This document shows, piece by piece, positions 9,768 to 21,614 of a DNA stretch of 64,000 bases. The DNA comes from an uncultured Acidobacteriaceae bacterium. Its GTDB lineage: Bacteria; Acidobacteriota; Terriglobia; Terriglobales; Acidobacteriaceae. Location: the NCBI GenBank assembly GCA_964247475.1, contig CAXTUS010000002.1, positions 945 through 64,944 of the forward strand, in the 5' to 3' direction. The translations under genes were made by a program, and so were the position numbers. The notes under the pieces are model-generated. The model searched no databases and was not told the DNA's origin. It saw only the letters and a list, made by a program, of their open reading frames with translations. Numbering within the stretch: position 1 is the stretch's first letter; each line of letters starts with the position of its first letter.

Positions 9768-9810
9768 AGCATAAGAAAAGGCTACTGACAGCAGTGTGTC
9801 AGTAGCCTTT
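9768..9810 (-). promoter_or_regulatory. Perfect 14-bp inverted repeat plus -10 box: probable gyrB terminator and candidate WYL operator of the VOC-yafY operon
   Basis: aaaggctactgaca (9777-9790) / gcagtg / tgtcagtagccttt (9797-9810); on the minus strand it is followed by a T-rich tract and TATGCT at 9773-9768. Confidence 0.65.
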
Positions 9811-9829
9811 CCTGTTTCTTGCGAGTGCT

Positions 9830-12577
<2,748 letters not shown>

Positions 12578-12613
12578 TCAAATCAGAAGTTTGTGCCGCT
12601 TACCCGTCCCCTA

Positions 12614-12622
12614 AGTATACCA
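12614..12622 (-). promoter_or_regulatory. Extended -10 promoter (TGgTATACT) upstream of gyrB
   Basis: Minus strand reads TG-G-TATACT about 130 nt upstream of the gyrB start. Confidence 0.5.
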
Positions 12623-12659
12623 CGCGGGCGGGTGCTGACAGGCTTTCAAGCGGGGCCCG

Positions 12660-13877
12660 TCAGGCGGTCAGGACGGCTTCCATCTGGTCGAGCCCCCAGG
12701 CGAGGTCGTCGGGTGAGATGACGAGCGGAGGAGCGAGCCGGATGACGGTGTCGTGGGTCTCTTTGCAGAGCAGGCCGCGGTCTTTGAGGGCCTCGCAGAT
12801 GGGCCGCGCCTGCACATTCAGCTCAACGCCGATCCAGAGCCCCTTGCCGCGGACCTCGAGGATGCGGCTGGTCTTCTTCTTCATCGCGCAGAGGCGGTCG
12901 AGGGCATAGGCGCCGAGTTCGGCCGAGCGCGCGGGCAGGTCTTCGTCGACGATGACCTGCAGAGCGGCGCGCGCGACGGCACAGGCGAGCGGATTGCCGC
13001 CGAAGGTGCTGCCATGGTCGCCGGGGGCGAAGACGCCCAGGATCTCGCGTGACGCGAGAACAGCCGAGACCGGGTAGAAGCCGCCCGAAAGCGCCTTGCC
13101 GATGATGCAGACGTCGGGGCGGGATCGGGGCTTGGCGTCGAGGTCGTGCTCGAAGGCGAAGAAGCGGCCGGTGCGGCCCAGGCCGGACTGGATCTCGTCA
13201 CACATGAAGAGGACGTTGGCGTCGTGACAGATCTCCGAGACCTGGCGGAGGTAGCCTTCGGGCGGCACGATGATACCGGCCTCGCCCTGGACCGGTTCGA
13301 CCAGGAAGGCGACGGTGTTGGGGGTGATGGCGGCGCGCAGCGCGTCTGCATCGCCGAACGGAACCTGGCGGAAGCCGGGTGCGAAGGGGCCGAAGCCGGA
13401 GCGGTACTGGGCCTCGGATGAGAAGCCGACGACCGAGATGGTGCGGCCGTGGAAGTTGTTGCTGCAGACGAGGATCTCGCCCTGGCCTTCGGGGACGCCT
13501 TTGACCTTGAAGCCCCACTTGCGCGCGGCCTTCAGGGCGGTCTCGACGGCTTCGACGCCAGAGTTCATGGGCAATGCCATCTCGAAGCCGGTGAGCTCGT
13601 GGAGGTCGCGCAGCAGCAGCGGCAGCTGGTCGTTGCGGAAGGCGCGGGAGGTGAGGGTGACCCTCTGGGCTTGCTCCGCCATGGCTTTGAAGATGGCGGG
13701 GTGGCAGTGGCCCTGGTTGACGGCCGAGTACGCGGCGAGGAAGTCGAGGTAGCGCCGGCCTTCGATGTCGGTGACCCAGGCGCCGCTGGCACGTTCGATG
13801 ACGACGTCGAGCGGATGGTAGTTATGGGCCCCGTACTGCTCTTCGAGTTCGATCAGGTTGACGTCGAGCGAAAGCAT
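12660..13877 (-). CDS. rocD: Ornithine--oxo-acid aminotransferase
   Basis: GAHNYHPLDVV, YLDFLAAYSAVNQGHCHP, MNSGVEAVETA, DEIQSGLGRTG, IGKALSGG, HGSTFGGNPLA; start ATG 13877 with GGAG RBS. Confidence 0.93.
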   Translation of the reverse strand: MLSLDVNLIELEEQYGAHNYHPLDVVIERASGAWVTDIEGRRYLDFLAAYSAVNQGHCHPAIFKAMAEQAQRVTLTSRAFRNDQLPLLLRDLHELTGFEMALPMNSGVEAVETALKAARKWGFKVKGVPEGQGEILVCSNNFHGRTISVVGFSSEAQYRSGFGPFAPGFRQVPFGDADALRAAITPNTVAFLVEPVQGEAGIIVPPEGYLRQVSEICHDANVLFMCDEIQSGLGRTGRFFAFEHDLDAKPRSRPDVCIIGKALSGGFYPVSAVLASREILGVFAPGDHGSTFGGNPLACAVARAALQVIVDEDLPARSAELGAYALDRLCAMKKKTSRILEVRGKGLWIGVELNVQARPICEALKDRGLLCKETHDTVIRLAPPLVISPDDLAWGLDQMEAVLTA

Positions 13878-14212
13878 AGAGGTATTCTCCGAGCCGTTGT
13901 GGCCGTTGCCGGGGTTCCGTAGGGTTTGACCCTGAAATTGAACCTGTATTGTGCCTAGGATACGCCTGCAAACGGACATTTCGGCCGGGAAACGCCACGG
14001 AGTTGAGGCGCCCGTTACCGTATCGGGCGGTGGGTTCTGGGCTGAATCATCTTTCGAGCCCGTTCTGGTCCGGGAACGACGGAGGCTGGTTCTACTGCGG
14101 GCCTGGCCCCGAACATTGCACTTTGGCGCGATCGAAAAGCTTTCCATGCAGGCCCGCTTCCGATACACTTAGAGGGTTCTACCGAATCACGAGAAACACT
14201 GTCAGGATCATC

Positions 14213-14410
14213 ATGCCAAAGTTGAAGACCCACTCCGGCGCCGCCAAGCGCTTCAAGAAGACCGGCACCGGCAAGTTCAAGCGCGGCCATTCGAAGATGC
14301 GTCACATCCTCACGTCGAAGAATAACAAGACCAAAAGCCGTCTCGGCAAAGCAGGTCTTATCTCTGACGCGGATCACTACAACGTGTCGCGGATGCTGCC
14401 GTACGCCTAG
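14213..14410 (+). CDS. rpmI: 50S ribosomal protein L35
   Basis: [26 protein letters not shown]...RMLPYA. Confidence 0.97.
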   Translation: MPKLKTHSGAAKRFKKTGTGKFKRGHSKMRHILTSKNNKTKSRLGKAGLISDADHYNVSRMLPYA

Positions 14411-14623
14411 GCAGTTGCCGAAGCGAAGAAGCTGTTTGGATCGAGCTGTTTTTCAGTCTCTTCGATGAAAGACGATGGGCCCGAAGCGTAGAGCCCCTGG
14501 ATGAGCGGCATGTGTTTATGCCAGCGAACTCCATCGAGATCCGAGCCCGAACGAAGCGAGTGAAGTGGAACCCCTTTCCACCAGCCGCCCCAACGAAGTA
14601 CGCGAAAACAGGAGAATACTGAC

Positions 14624-15022
14624 ATGCCCCGTGTAAAGCGGAGTACCAAGCGCGCAGACCGGCGCCGCAAGATCCTAAAGCGCGCAAGCGGCTATTTCCT
14701 CACGAAATCTAAGCTCTACCAGGCGGCGCAAGAGGCCGTCGAGCGCGGACTGAAGTTCGCCTACACCGGGCGTAAACAGAAGAAGCGCCAGTTCCGCTCG
14801 CTCTGGATCGTCCGCATCGGCGCTGCCGCGCTGCAGAACGGGATGAGCTACTCAACCTTCATCAATGGGCTGAAACTTGCCGGCAACACGCTCGATCGCA
14901 AGATCCTGGCTGATATTGCAGCCAATGACGCCGCTGGCTTTGCCGCGCTCGCCGTGGTCGCGAAGGATGCACGTACCAAGGCGGCTGCGGAACATGCGAA
15001 GCGCCAGCAGGCGACCGCGTAA
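14624..15022 (+). CDS. rplT: 50S ribosomal protein L20
   Basis: MPRVKRS...[13 protein letters not shown]...[10 protein letters not shown]; AGGAG RBS. Confidence 0.98.
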   Translation: MPRVKRSTKRADRRRKILKRASGYFLTKSKLYQAAQEAVERGLKFAYTGRKQKKRQFRSLWIVRIGAAALQNGMSYSTFINGLKLAGNTLDRKILADIAANDAAGFAALAVVAKDARTKAAAEHAKRQQATA

Positions 15023-15043
15023 CGATGCGTTGTGCGTCAGATG

Positions 15044-15075
15044 AAGAGGCACGGCACCTGCCGTGTCTCTTTTTC
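15044..15075 (+). terminator. Rho-independent terminator after rplT
   Basis: aagaggcacggc-acct-gccgtgtctctt followed by a T run. Confidence 0.75.
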
Positions 15076-15120
15076 ATGCGCGTCCCTTTCTGCCTGAAGT
15101 AAAGGAAGTATTCTTAGTTT

Positions 15121-16524
15121 ATGTCCACGTCTGCCGCTCCCAATCCAGCCCCTGCACCTGAGCAGCCCCGCGCGCGGACCAATCCTGCAAATGGCGCGCT
15201 GGCAGACACAAGCTTCGAAAGCTGGGGCCGGTATCCGAAGTACCGCGGCCATGTGGTCCCGATGAACTGGCAGCAGGAGTTCCCCGAGAACATTGCCGGC
15301 CTGCATAACGGCGTCCTGCCGGTCGGTATGGGCCGCAGCTATGGCGACTCGTGCCTGCTGAAAGACGGCAACCTGGTAGTGACGACCGGCATGAACCGGC
15401 TGCTTGGCTTCAACCCGGAGACTGGCGTGCTAACTGCCGAGGCCGGTATGACGCTCGCGCAAATTCTTGATTTTGCGGTGCCGCGCGGTTTCTTTCTCCC
15501 GGTGACGCCAGGTACCAAGTACGTGACGCTGGGTGGCGCGATTGCGAACGACATCCACGGCAAGAATCATCACGTAGCCGGCACCTTTGGCAACCACGTG
15601 CTGCGCTTCGAGCTGGTACGGTCCGACGGCACGCGGCGCGTCTGCTCACCGACCGAGGATCCTGACTGGTTCGCAGCGACGATCGGCGGTCTTGGACTAA
15701 CCGGGGTCATCACCTGGGTCGAGTTGCGGCTGCGGCCCATTGTCTCGCGGATGATTGACTACGAGGGCATCCAGTTCCACGGGATCGACGAGTTCCTGTC
15801 GATTACGCAGCAGTACCAGGATGTGGAGTACACCGTCAGCTGGATCGATTGCGCGAGCACCGGCAGGAACTTTGCGCGCGGCATCTTCATGATGGGCGAT
15901 CACTCGAAGGTGCCGGGTGAGCTGAAGCCGTCGCCTGAGCCGATGCTGGTCTTTCCCTTTGAAGCACCGGGCTTCGCGCTGAATCACACGACGGTTTCGA
16001 TGTTCAACACGGTGTTCTTCCACAAGCAGATGAAGCCGCGGGTAAAGACGCTGCAGGATTACGAGCCGTTCTTCTACCCGCTCGACAAGGTGCTGCACTG
16101 GAACCGGATGTATGGCAAGTCCGGGCTGCTGCAGTTCCAGTATGCCATCCCATGGGAGTCGGCGCGCGAAGGCACAATCGCGATCCTGACCGAGGTGGCG
16201 AAGTCCGGGCTGGCCAGCTTCCTGGCTGTGCTGAAGGCGTTTGGCGATGTGCCTTCGCCTGGACTGCTCAGCTTCCCTCAGCCAGGTATCACGCTGGCTC
16301 TCGACTTCCCGATCAAGGAAGGCACTACCTTTCCGCTCGTGGAACGGCTGGCTGACATGACCCGTGACTTCGGCGGACGGCTCTATCCGGCGAAGGATGC
16401 GGCCATGACCGCCGCGCAGTTTCAAACCTTTTACCCGCAGTGGGAGCAGCTTGCCCGCTTCCGCGACCCCGTCATTACCTCCAGCTTCTGGGAGCGCGTC
16501 ACCGGAGAACACCTCACACCATGA
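15121..16524 (+). CDS. FAD-linked oxidase, DprE1-like (polyprenyl-phosphoribose 2'-oxidase)
   Basis: GMGRSYGDS, FLPVTPGTKYVTLGGAIANDIHGKNHH, WNRMYGKSGLLQFQ, GGRLYPAKD: DprE1-family hallmarks. Confidence 0.85.
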   Translation: MSTSAAPNPAPAPEQPRARTNPANGALADTSFESWGRYPKYRGHVVPMNWQQEFPENIAGLHNGVLPVGMGRSYGDSCLLKDGNLVVTTGMNRLLGFNPETGVLTAEAGMTLAQILDFAVPRGFFLPVTPGTKYVTLGGAIANDIHGKNHHVAGTFGNHVLRFELVRSDGTRRVCSPTEDPDWFAATIGGLGLTGVITWVELRLRPIVSRMIDYEGIQFHGIDEFLSITQQYQDVEYTVSWIDCASTGRNFARGIFMMGDHSKVPGELKPSPEPMLVFPFEAPGFALNHTTVSMFNTVFFHKQMKPRVKTLQDYEPFFYPLDKVLHWNRMYGKSGLLQFQYAIPWESAREGTIAILTEVAKSGLASFLAVLKAFGDVPSPGLLSFPQPGITLALDFPIKEGTTFPLVERLADMTRDFGGRLYPAKDAAMTAAQFQTFYPQWEQLARFRDPVITSSFWERVTGEHLTP

Positions 16525-17306
16525 GTTCCCCTGCAACGACCTTTCCTGTGGTCAGCACGCCTGGCGCGCCACGCAAGATCCTGGTTCTGGGCGCAACGTC
16601 CGGCATCGCTGAAGCCACCTGCCGGCTTTGGGCAGCGGAGGGTTCAGCCCTCTTCCTGGTAGGCCGCAGCGCGGAGAAGCTGGCGGCGGTGGCTGCCGAT
16701 CTGAAGACGCGCGGCGCCTCTTACGTCGACACTGCGGTTGCTGATCTTGACGACACCTCGAAGCACCCGGCGCTTTTAGCGCACGCGATCAACTCGCTCA
16801 CCGGCATGGATATCGCGTACCTGGCACATGGTGTGCTGGGCGACCAGGCGCGGGCGGAACAGGACTTTGCTACGGCGGAGAGCATCCTGCATACGAACTT
16901 TGTCTCCGTCGTTTCACTGCTGACGTGGCTTGCTAACTTCTGTGTGCAGCGGCACTCGGGCGTGCTCGCCGTCATCTCGTCGGTGGCCGGGGATCGTGGT
17001 CGCAAGTCGAACTACCTTTATGGCGCTTCGAAGGCCGGGCTCTCGGCGTTCCTCGGCGGTCTGCGCAATCGGGTTGATCGTGAGGGTGTGACTGTCCTGA
17101 ACATCAAGCCTGGACCGGTGCGGACGGCGATGACCACGCACATGCCTGGGTCTGAGAAGTTCGCGGATGTGAACAAGGTGGCGGCGTCGATTGTGAAAGC
17201 GGTGGATAGCCGTGCGGACACGCTGTATGTGCCGTTCCAGTGGCAGCCGATCATGTTCGTCATCCGGCATATCCCGGAGAGCGTGTTCAAGAAGCTGAAT
17301 CTCTGA
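16521..17306 (+). CDS. SDR oxidoreductase, DprE2-like
   Basis: LGATSGIA, SSVAGDRGRKSNYLYGASKAG, KPGPVRTAMT; ATGA overlap with the DprE1-like gene. Confidence 0.85.
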   Translation: MSSPATTFPVVSTPGAPRKILVLGATSGIAEATCRLWAAEGSALFLVGRSAEKLAAVAADLKTRGASYVDTAVADLDDTSKHPALLAHAINSLTGMDIAYLAHGVLGDQARAEQDFATAESILHTNFVSVVSLLTWLANFCVQRHSGVLAVISSVAGDRGRKSNYLYGASKAGLSAFLGGLRNRVDREGVTVLNIKPGPVRTAMTTHMPGSEKFADVNKVAASIVKAVDSRADTLYVPFQWQPIMFVIRHIPESVFKKLNL

Positions 17307-17349
17307 AGCAGGCAACGGCAACCGCGTCCTGACGCCGGATGGGCGCCCC

Positions 17350-17432
17350 TTCGTGGGATGGAAGCGCTTCGCGCGCGCAGACTGTCTCAGCTGACCCAGA
17401 TGCATACGCGCGCGAGCGGCCCCATCCCACGA
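17350..17432. repeat. REP-like long imperfect hairpin
   Basis: ttcgtgggatgg (17350-17361) pairs with ccatcccacgaa (17421-17432), with inner cgcgcgcg arms. Confidence 0.6.
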
Positions 17433-17480
17433 ACTGGTCGCCGCCCGCGATGATGGCGCACTTGCCGTTGACTCTCGACC

Positions 17481-17518
17481 AAAAGAAAAGCCCCCATTCT
17501 TTGAATGGGGGCTTTTCT
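17481..17518. terminator. Bidirectional rho-independent terminator
   Basis: agaaaagcccccattc-ttt-gaatgggggcttttct between convergent genes. Confidence 0.85.
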
Positions 17519-17532
17519 GGTTGTGAGTTTGG

Positions 17533-20500
17533 CTAGAACTCGAGGCGAAGGGCAAACTGTCCTACACGCGGCCCACCGGGCTGCGTGCTGGTTGGCGTGC
17601 TGCTGATGGAGCCAAAGTTGCCCGATGTGATGTCCGTGTTGGGCAGGTTGAAGATGGGATGGTTGAGGACGTTGTAGAAGTCGGCGCGGAACTTCAGATT
17701 GAGACGCTCATCCGGCAGCAGCGCGAAGACCTTGCCGAGACCGGCATCCATGGTGAAGGCTGACGGTCCACGCAGGTTGTTGCGGCTGCCAAAGTTGAGG
17801 CCAACTGGTCCACTGAAGGTGGACAACGCATTTGCGGTAGCATCTGCGCTGCCGAACAGGTAGACAGTATTCGCGACTGCATCCTTCTTGACATGTGCCT
17901 GGACTGCGCCCCGGTTGCCGTTGAAGAAGGCCGGCGCGTTGTTGGCATAACCTGCGACGAAGGCGTTTGAGCTGGTGGTGAGTGCGAAGCCGCTGCGCCA
18001 TGCCGGCAGGCCGGAGACCGACCAGCCACCGATGACCTCGTTCAGCCACACCGGCGCGTGGCTTGCGAAAGCTGCGCCGCGGCCGAAGGGAAGCTGGTAG
18101 AGGAAGTTGGAGTTGATGACGTTCTGCACGTCAAAGTCGGAGTTGGCGTAGCACTTCTTCGGGTTGGTGGCATCGCAGATGAAGTTGTTGCCCGAGCTCG
18201 CCGCGATGAAGTTCGCGTTGGCCGAGACGTTATCCATCGAGTGCGACCAGGTGTAGTTGAAGTCGAACTGCAGGCCCTGCGAGAAGTTCTTCGACAGGCT
18301 GAACAGGAGACCGTGATAGACCGACGTGCCCTTGTTGGTGAGGAAGGTGTTCTCGGCAAACTGAGAGGCCATACCAACGTTGTCATTCAAAAAGCGGTTC
18401 GCCGCCGCGCCCTGGATGAAGTCGGCGAAGTCACCGTTCTGGATCAGGGTGCCGAAGGCGTTGGCCAGCTGTAGCGTAGATCCTGTGCCGCCGAGCTGAT
18501 TCTCGAAGAACGGCTGCGGGGTGAAATCCTGACCGGAGCGTGCCTGGAGCGTCAGGTTGGTGAAGGCTTGATTCATGGTCTGACCGGAGACTGGATCGAC
18601 GATGTCGACCAGCTGGGAAGCGTCAGCCGATGCCAGCAGGCGTCGCCCGAGCCGCCCCGCGTAGTTGATCCTCAGGATGAAGTGGTCGGGCATCTCCTGC
18701 TGGATGCCACCGTTGAAGGTGAGCGAGTAGGGATCGCGAAGAGTGGGATCGACGATCTCGTTGAACTGGCTGGCTGCAAGCCCAAAGGGCACTCCGTCTG
18801 TGTTGACGAACGGTGAAAGTGGCCTGGAGATGAGAGGCGCTGTGTTCGGGTTCGCGTAGGCCAGGTTTCCGCCGATGCGTGGGTTCGATGCGCCGAGCGC
18901 TCCAAGTGCGCCGCCGCCACCAGCACCGCCGTACTGGGTGTTAGCGGAGTTCTGGAAGAGGTAAGAGGACTGGTCCTGGATGAAGTTGACGGCGTTAATG
19001 ACGGTGCGGTCATAGACCAGCGCGAACGAACCATTAAAGACGGACTTCGGTGCGAACGATGGATTGTAGGCGAAGGCGAAGCGAGGTGCGAAGTCCTTGT
19101 AGCTGGGCTTGTAGAGCGGTGCCGCGTTGTTCGCCTTGCCGCCGAGATTGTAGGAGATCAGCGGGAGTGCGGTGGGACCCTGTGCCCCGATACGGCCCTG
19201 GGCTACCCGCTGTCCGAAGTAGTCGTTGAAGGTGAAGGTCTGGCCTGACTGGTCCCCGTGCGCCTCGTATGGCACCGTGTAGAGCTGGTACCGGAGACCG
19301 TAGCTGAGGGTCAGGTTCTTGGTCGCCTTCCAGGTGTCCCCTGCATATAGTTCAGTCTGGAAGTAGCGATAAGCGCGGTTGGTTCCATTCCCCTGCGGAG
19401 TCTGGTTGCCGGCGTTATCGTAGTTATAGCTACTGCCTACCGAGCCAATACGTCCGAGAGCCAGCGCGAAGGCCTCGTCATAAACGGCGGAAGAGGTGGT
19501 GCCGGCAGTCCGAATAGCCGCGGTTCCATAACCGTTTGCAGCCGTCGGGCGGACGCTTGGGTCGAGATTGAAGGCTTCGCCTCCGAGACCCAGGGTCACG
19601 ATGTTGAAGTCATTGACGAGTTGCGAGTTGGTCTTGATGAACTTGAACAAACCGCCGAAGCCGATGGTGTGGCTGCCGAGCTGCCAGTTGAAGTCGTCAC
19701 GCACCTCCGGAATGGGGACGCGGCGCTTCTGCGAGCTGTAGCCGTTGTACGGCCCGAAGAGATTGGTGTTGGTGTTGGTGCTGCCGCCAAGGGTGTACTC
19801 GGTGTTCGCATCGAGCCCCGGCGCACGTAGCAAGCTGGGGAAGTTGTACTTCTGGATGGTGTCGCCGTAGTAGAACTGGTTTACCTTGTTGGCGCTGATC
19901 TGCCAGATGTGGCTTGCCACGTAGCCATAGCTGCGGTCAGTGAAGGGATTAGTAGTGGTGCCGCCGGGAAAGGCGTTGGCGCTCTGGACGGCGTCCTCGC
20001 GGGCGATCGTACCGCGCACGAAGACTCGTTGCGAAGGGGTCAGGTTGTAGTCCAGGCGTGCAACGTAGTTGTAGAGGTAGTCGGGCTCCGGGAAGTTGAA
20101 GCGGTAGCCGCCTGTGTTGATGCCATCGGCGCCGCTATAGGCCAGGTCGTTGGCATGCGGGTAGGCGGAGTTGATGAAGGTCTGCAGTGAGGCAGATTCG
20201 CCGATGTGTTGAGGGTCAAGCTGAGCCACCTGCGCCGGCGTAAGCTGACCGATGCACTGCGGAGTCGTGTTCTGGCGGCTGGAAGCGGTGCAGGTGTTGC
20301 CTGCATCATCCGTGTTGCGGATGTAGGAGACGGTGCCATTGCGGAAGGAGTCGAGCGGAACGACGCGCTCAACCTGGGTGGACTGGATGATGCGTGAGTT
20401 GTTGAAGTCGAAGAAGAAGAACAGCTTGTCCTTCTTGATGGGGCCTCCGATGGCGCCGCCGAACTGGTTGCGGATCAGCGGCGCGCGACCGATGCCGGCA

Positions 20501-21297
20501 TTGTTGTTGAACCAGTCGTTGGCTGCGGTAGCGGTGTCGCGGTGGTACTCGTTCAGGTCGCCGTGGAAACGATTGGTGCCGCTCTTGGTGACGAGCTGAA
20601 ATTGGCCGCCGCTGCCGGTGCCGAGGTCAGAAGGAAGACCTGCAACTGTGCCGCGGAACTCCTGCACCGAGTCCACTGGTGCGCCGCCGACGATGGTGCC
20701 GGTGCCGCCGCCGAAGACAGAACCAGCAGCTACGTCGTTTACGTCGAGACCATCGAGCGTGACGGAGGTCTGGTCGGTGCGTGCTCCGGTGAAAGAGCTG
20801 TTGGCTACGCCTGGCTGGAGTGCGAAGAGAATGGCTACGCTTGAGCGGTTCTGGATGGGAAGGTCGACCAGCGTCTTGGGGTCAATATTGTTGCCGATGG
20901 AAGCATCTGTCGTGTTGATGGTCTCGACGTCTGTCGAGGCGGAGACGGTGACCTCCTGGGTGGTTCCGGCGGCCAGCTTCTCGTCCTGGGTGCGCGTGAT
21001 GCCGACCTGCAAAGTGACGTGGTCTACCGAGATCGAGTTGAAGCCGTCATGCGCGAAGGTGACGACGTAGCCCTGGGCGGGCGGTACGTTGGCGAAGCGG
21101 TAGGTACCCTTTGAATCAGTCGTCTGGGTGAAGACGGTTCCTGTACTGGGATTCTTGAGGGTGACGGTCGCGCCGGGGATCACGGCTCCCGACGCGTCGG
21201 TGACAAGACCCGACATGGACGAGTTGTCCTGGGCTTTTAGAAGTGGTGAGGCTAGGGCAAGGGACAGCAAGGCATAACGTGACAGCCGCTTCGGCAT
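17533..21297 (-). CDS. TonB-dependent receptor (carboxypeptidase-regulatory N-domain, Oar-like)
   Basis: Signal peptide, GLVTDASGAVIPGATVTL, KSGTNRFHG, C-terminal PRVGQFALRLEF; start probably ATG 21297. Confidence 0.93.
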   Translation of the reverse strand: MPKRLSRYALLSLALASPLLKAQDNSSMSGLVTDASGAVIPGATVTLKNPSTGTVFTQTTDSKGTYRFANVPPAQGYVVTFAHDGFNSISVDHVTLQVGITRTQDEKLAAGTTQEVTVSASTDVETINTTDASIGNNIDPKTLVDLPIQNRSSVAILFALQPGVANSSFTGARTDQTSVTLDGLDVNDVAAGSVFGGGTGTIVGGAPVDSVQEFRGTVAGLPSDLGTGSGGQFQLVTKSGTNRFHGDLNEYHRDTATAANDWFNNNAGIGRAPLIRNQFGGAIGGPIKKDKLFFFFDFNNSRIIQSTQVERVVPLDSFRNGTVSYIRNTDDAGNTCTASSRQNTTPQCIGQLTPAQVAQLDPQHIGESASLQTFINSAYPHANDLAYSGADGINTGGYRFNFPEPDYLYNYVARLDYNLTPSQRVFVRGTIAREDAVQSANAFPGGTTTNPFTDRSYGYVASHIWQISANKVNQFYYGDTIQKYNFPSLLRAPGLDANTEYTLGGSTNTNTNLFGPYNGYSSQKRRVPIPEVRDDFNWQLGSHTIGFGGLFKFIKTNSQLVNDFNIVTLGLGGEAFNLDPSVRPTAANGYGTAAIRTAGTTSSAVYDEAFALALGRIGSVGSSYNYDNAGNQTPQGNGTNRAYRYFQTELYAGDTWKATKNLTLSYGLRYQLYTVPYEAHGDQSGQTFTFNDYFGQRVAQGRIGAQGPTALPLISYNLGGKANNAAPLYKPSYKDFAPRFAFAYNPSFAPKSVFNGSFALVYDRTVINAVNFIQDQSSYLFQNSANTQYGGAGGGGALGALGASNPRIGGNLAYANPNTAPLISRPLSPFVNTDGVPFGLAASQFNEIVDPTLRDPYSLTFNGGIQQEMPDHFILRINYAGRLGRRLLASADASQLVDIVDPVSGQTMNQAFTNLTLQARSGQDFTPQPFFENQLGGTGSTLQLANAFGTLIQNGDFADFIQGAAANRFLNDNVGMASQFAENTFLTNKGTSVYHGLLFSLSKNFSQGLQFDFNYTWSHSMDNVSANANFIAASSGNNFICDATNPKKCYANSDFDVQNVINSNFLYQLPFGRGAAFASHAPVWLNEVIGGWSVSGLPAWRSGFALTTSSNAFVAGYANNAPAFFNGNRGAVQAHVKKDAVANTVYLFGSADATANALSTFSGPVGLNFGSRNNLRGPSAFTMDAGLGKVFALLPDERLNLKFRADFYNVLNHPIFNLPNTDITSGNFGSISSTPTSTQPGGPRVGQFALRLEF

Positions 21298-21614
21298 TCG
21301 ATCTCCTAGGGGTAGATAAGACACGAGTGTCAGGAAGGACAAGGAAGTGAAGGAGGACTCCTGTTTCGGGGAGGTGGTCCTGATCGCTGCAGGCCTACTG
21401 ACGCTTTACAAAGACGCCCGGAGCTTCTGGGGCAACCAAATGAATGCAATCTGATATCCATTCGCCAAGGCGCTCGGTGCGAGTAGAAGCAGTCATAAGT
21501 GCTTACAGAGTGACCTTGTGCTTCCAAAATACGGATCGATCACTCGAGTGGGATCCGTTAAGTGGAAGATCCTCAGGTATGAGGTCGGGCGTTTGTGCAG
21601 CTCTCCTGTGGAGC

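Noticed and set aside
12660-14410. ORF-track long starts for rocD (14168) and rpmI (13949)
   Set aside because: The extensions overlap each other on opposite strands and are not protein-like; the recognisable N-termini begin at 13877 and 14213.
21531-21558. Palindromic acggatc...cactcgagtg...gatccgt between two receptor genes
   Set aside because: No U-tract and no recognisable operator; could be chance in GC-rich DNA.
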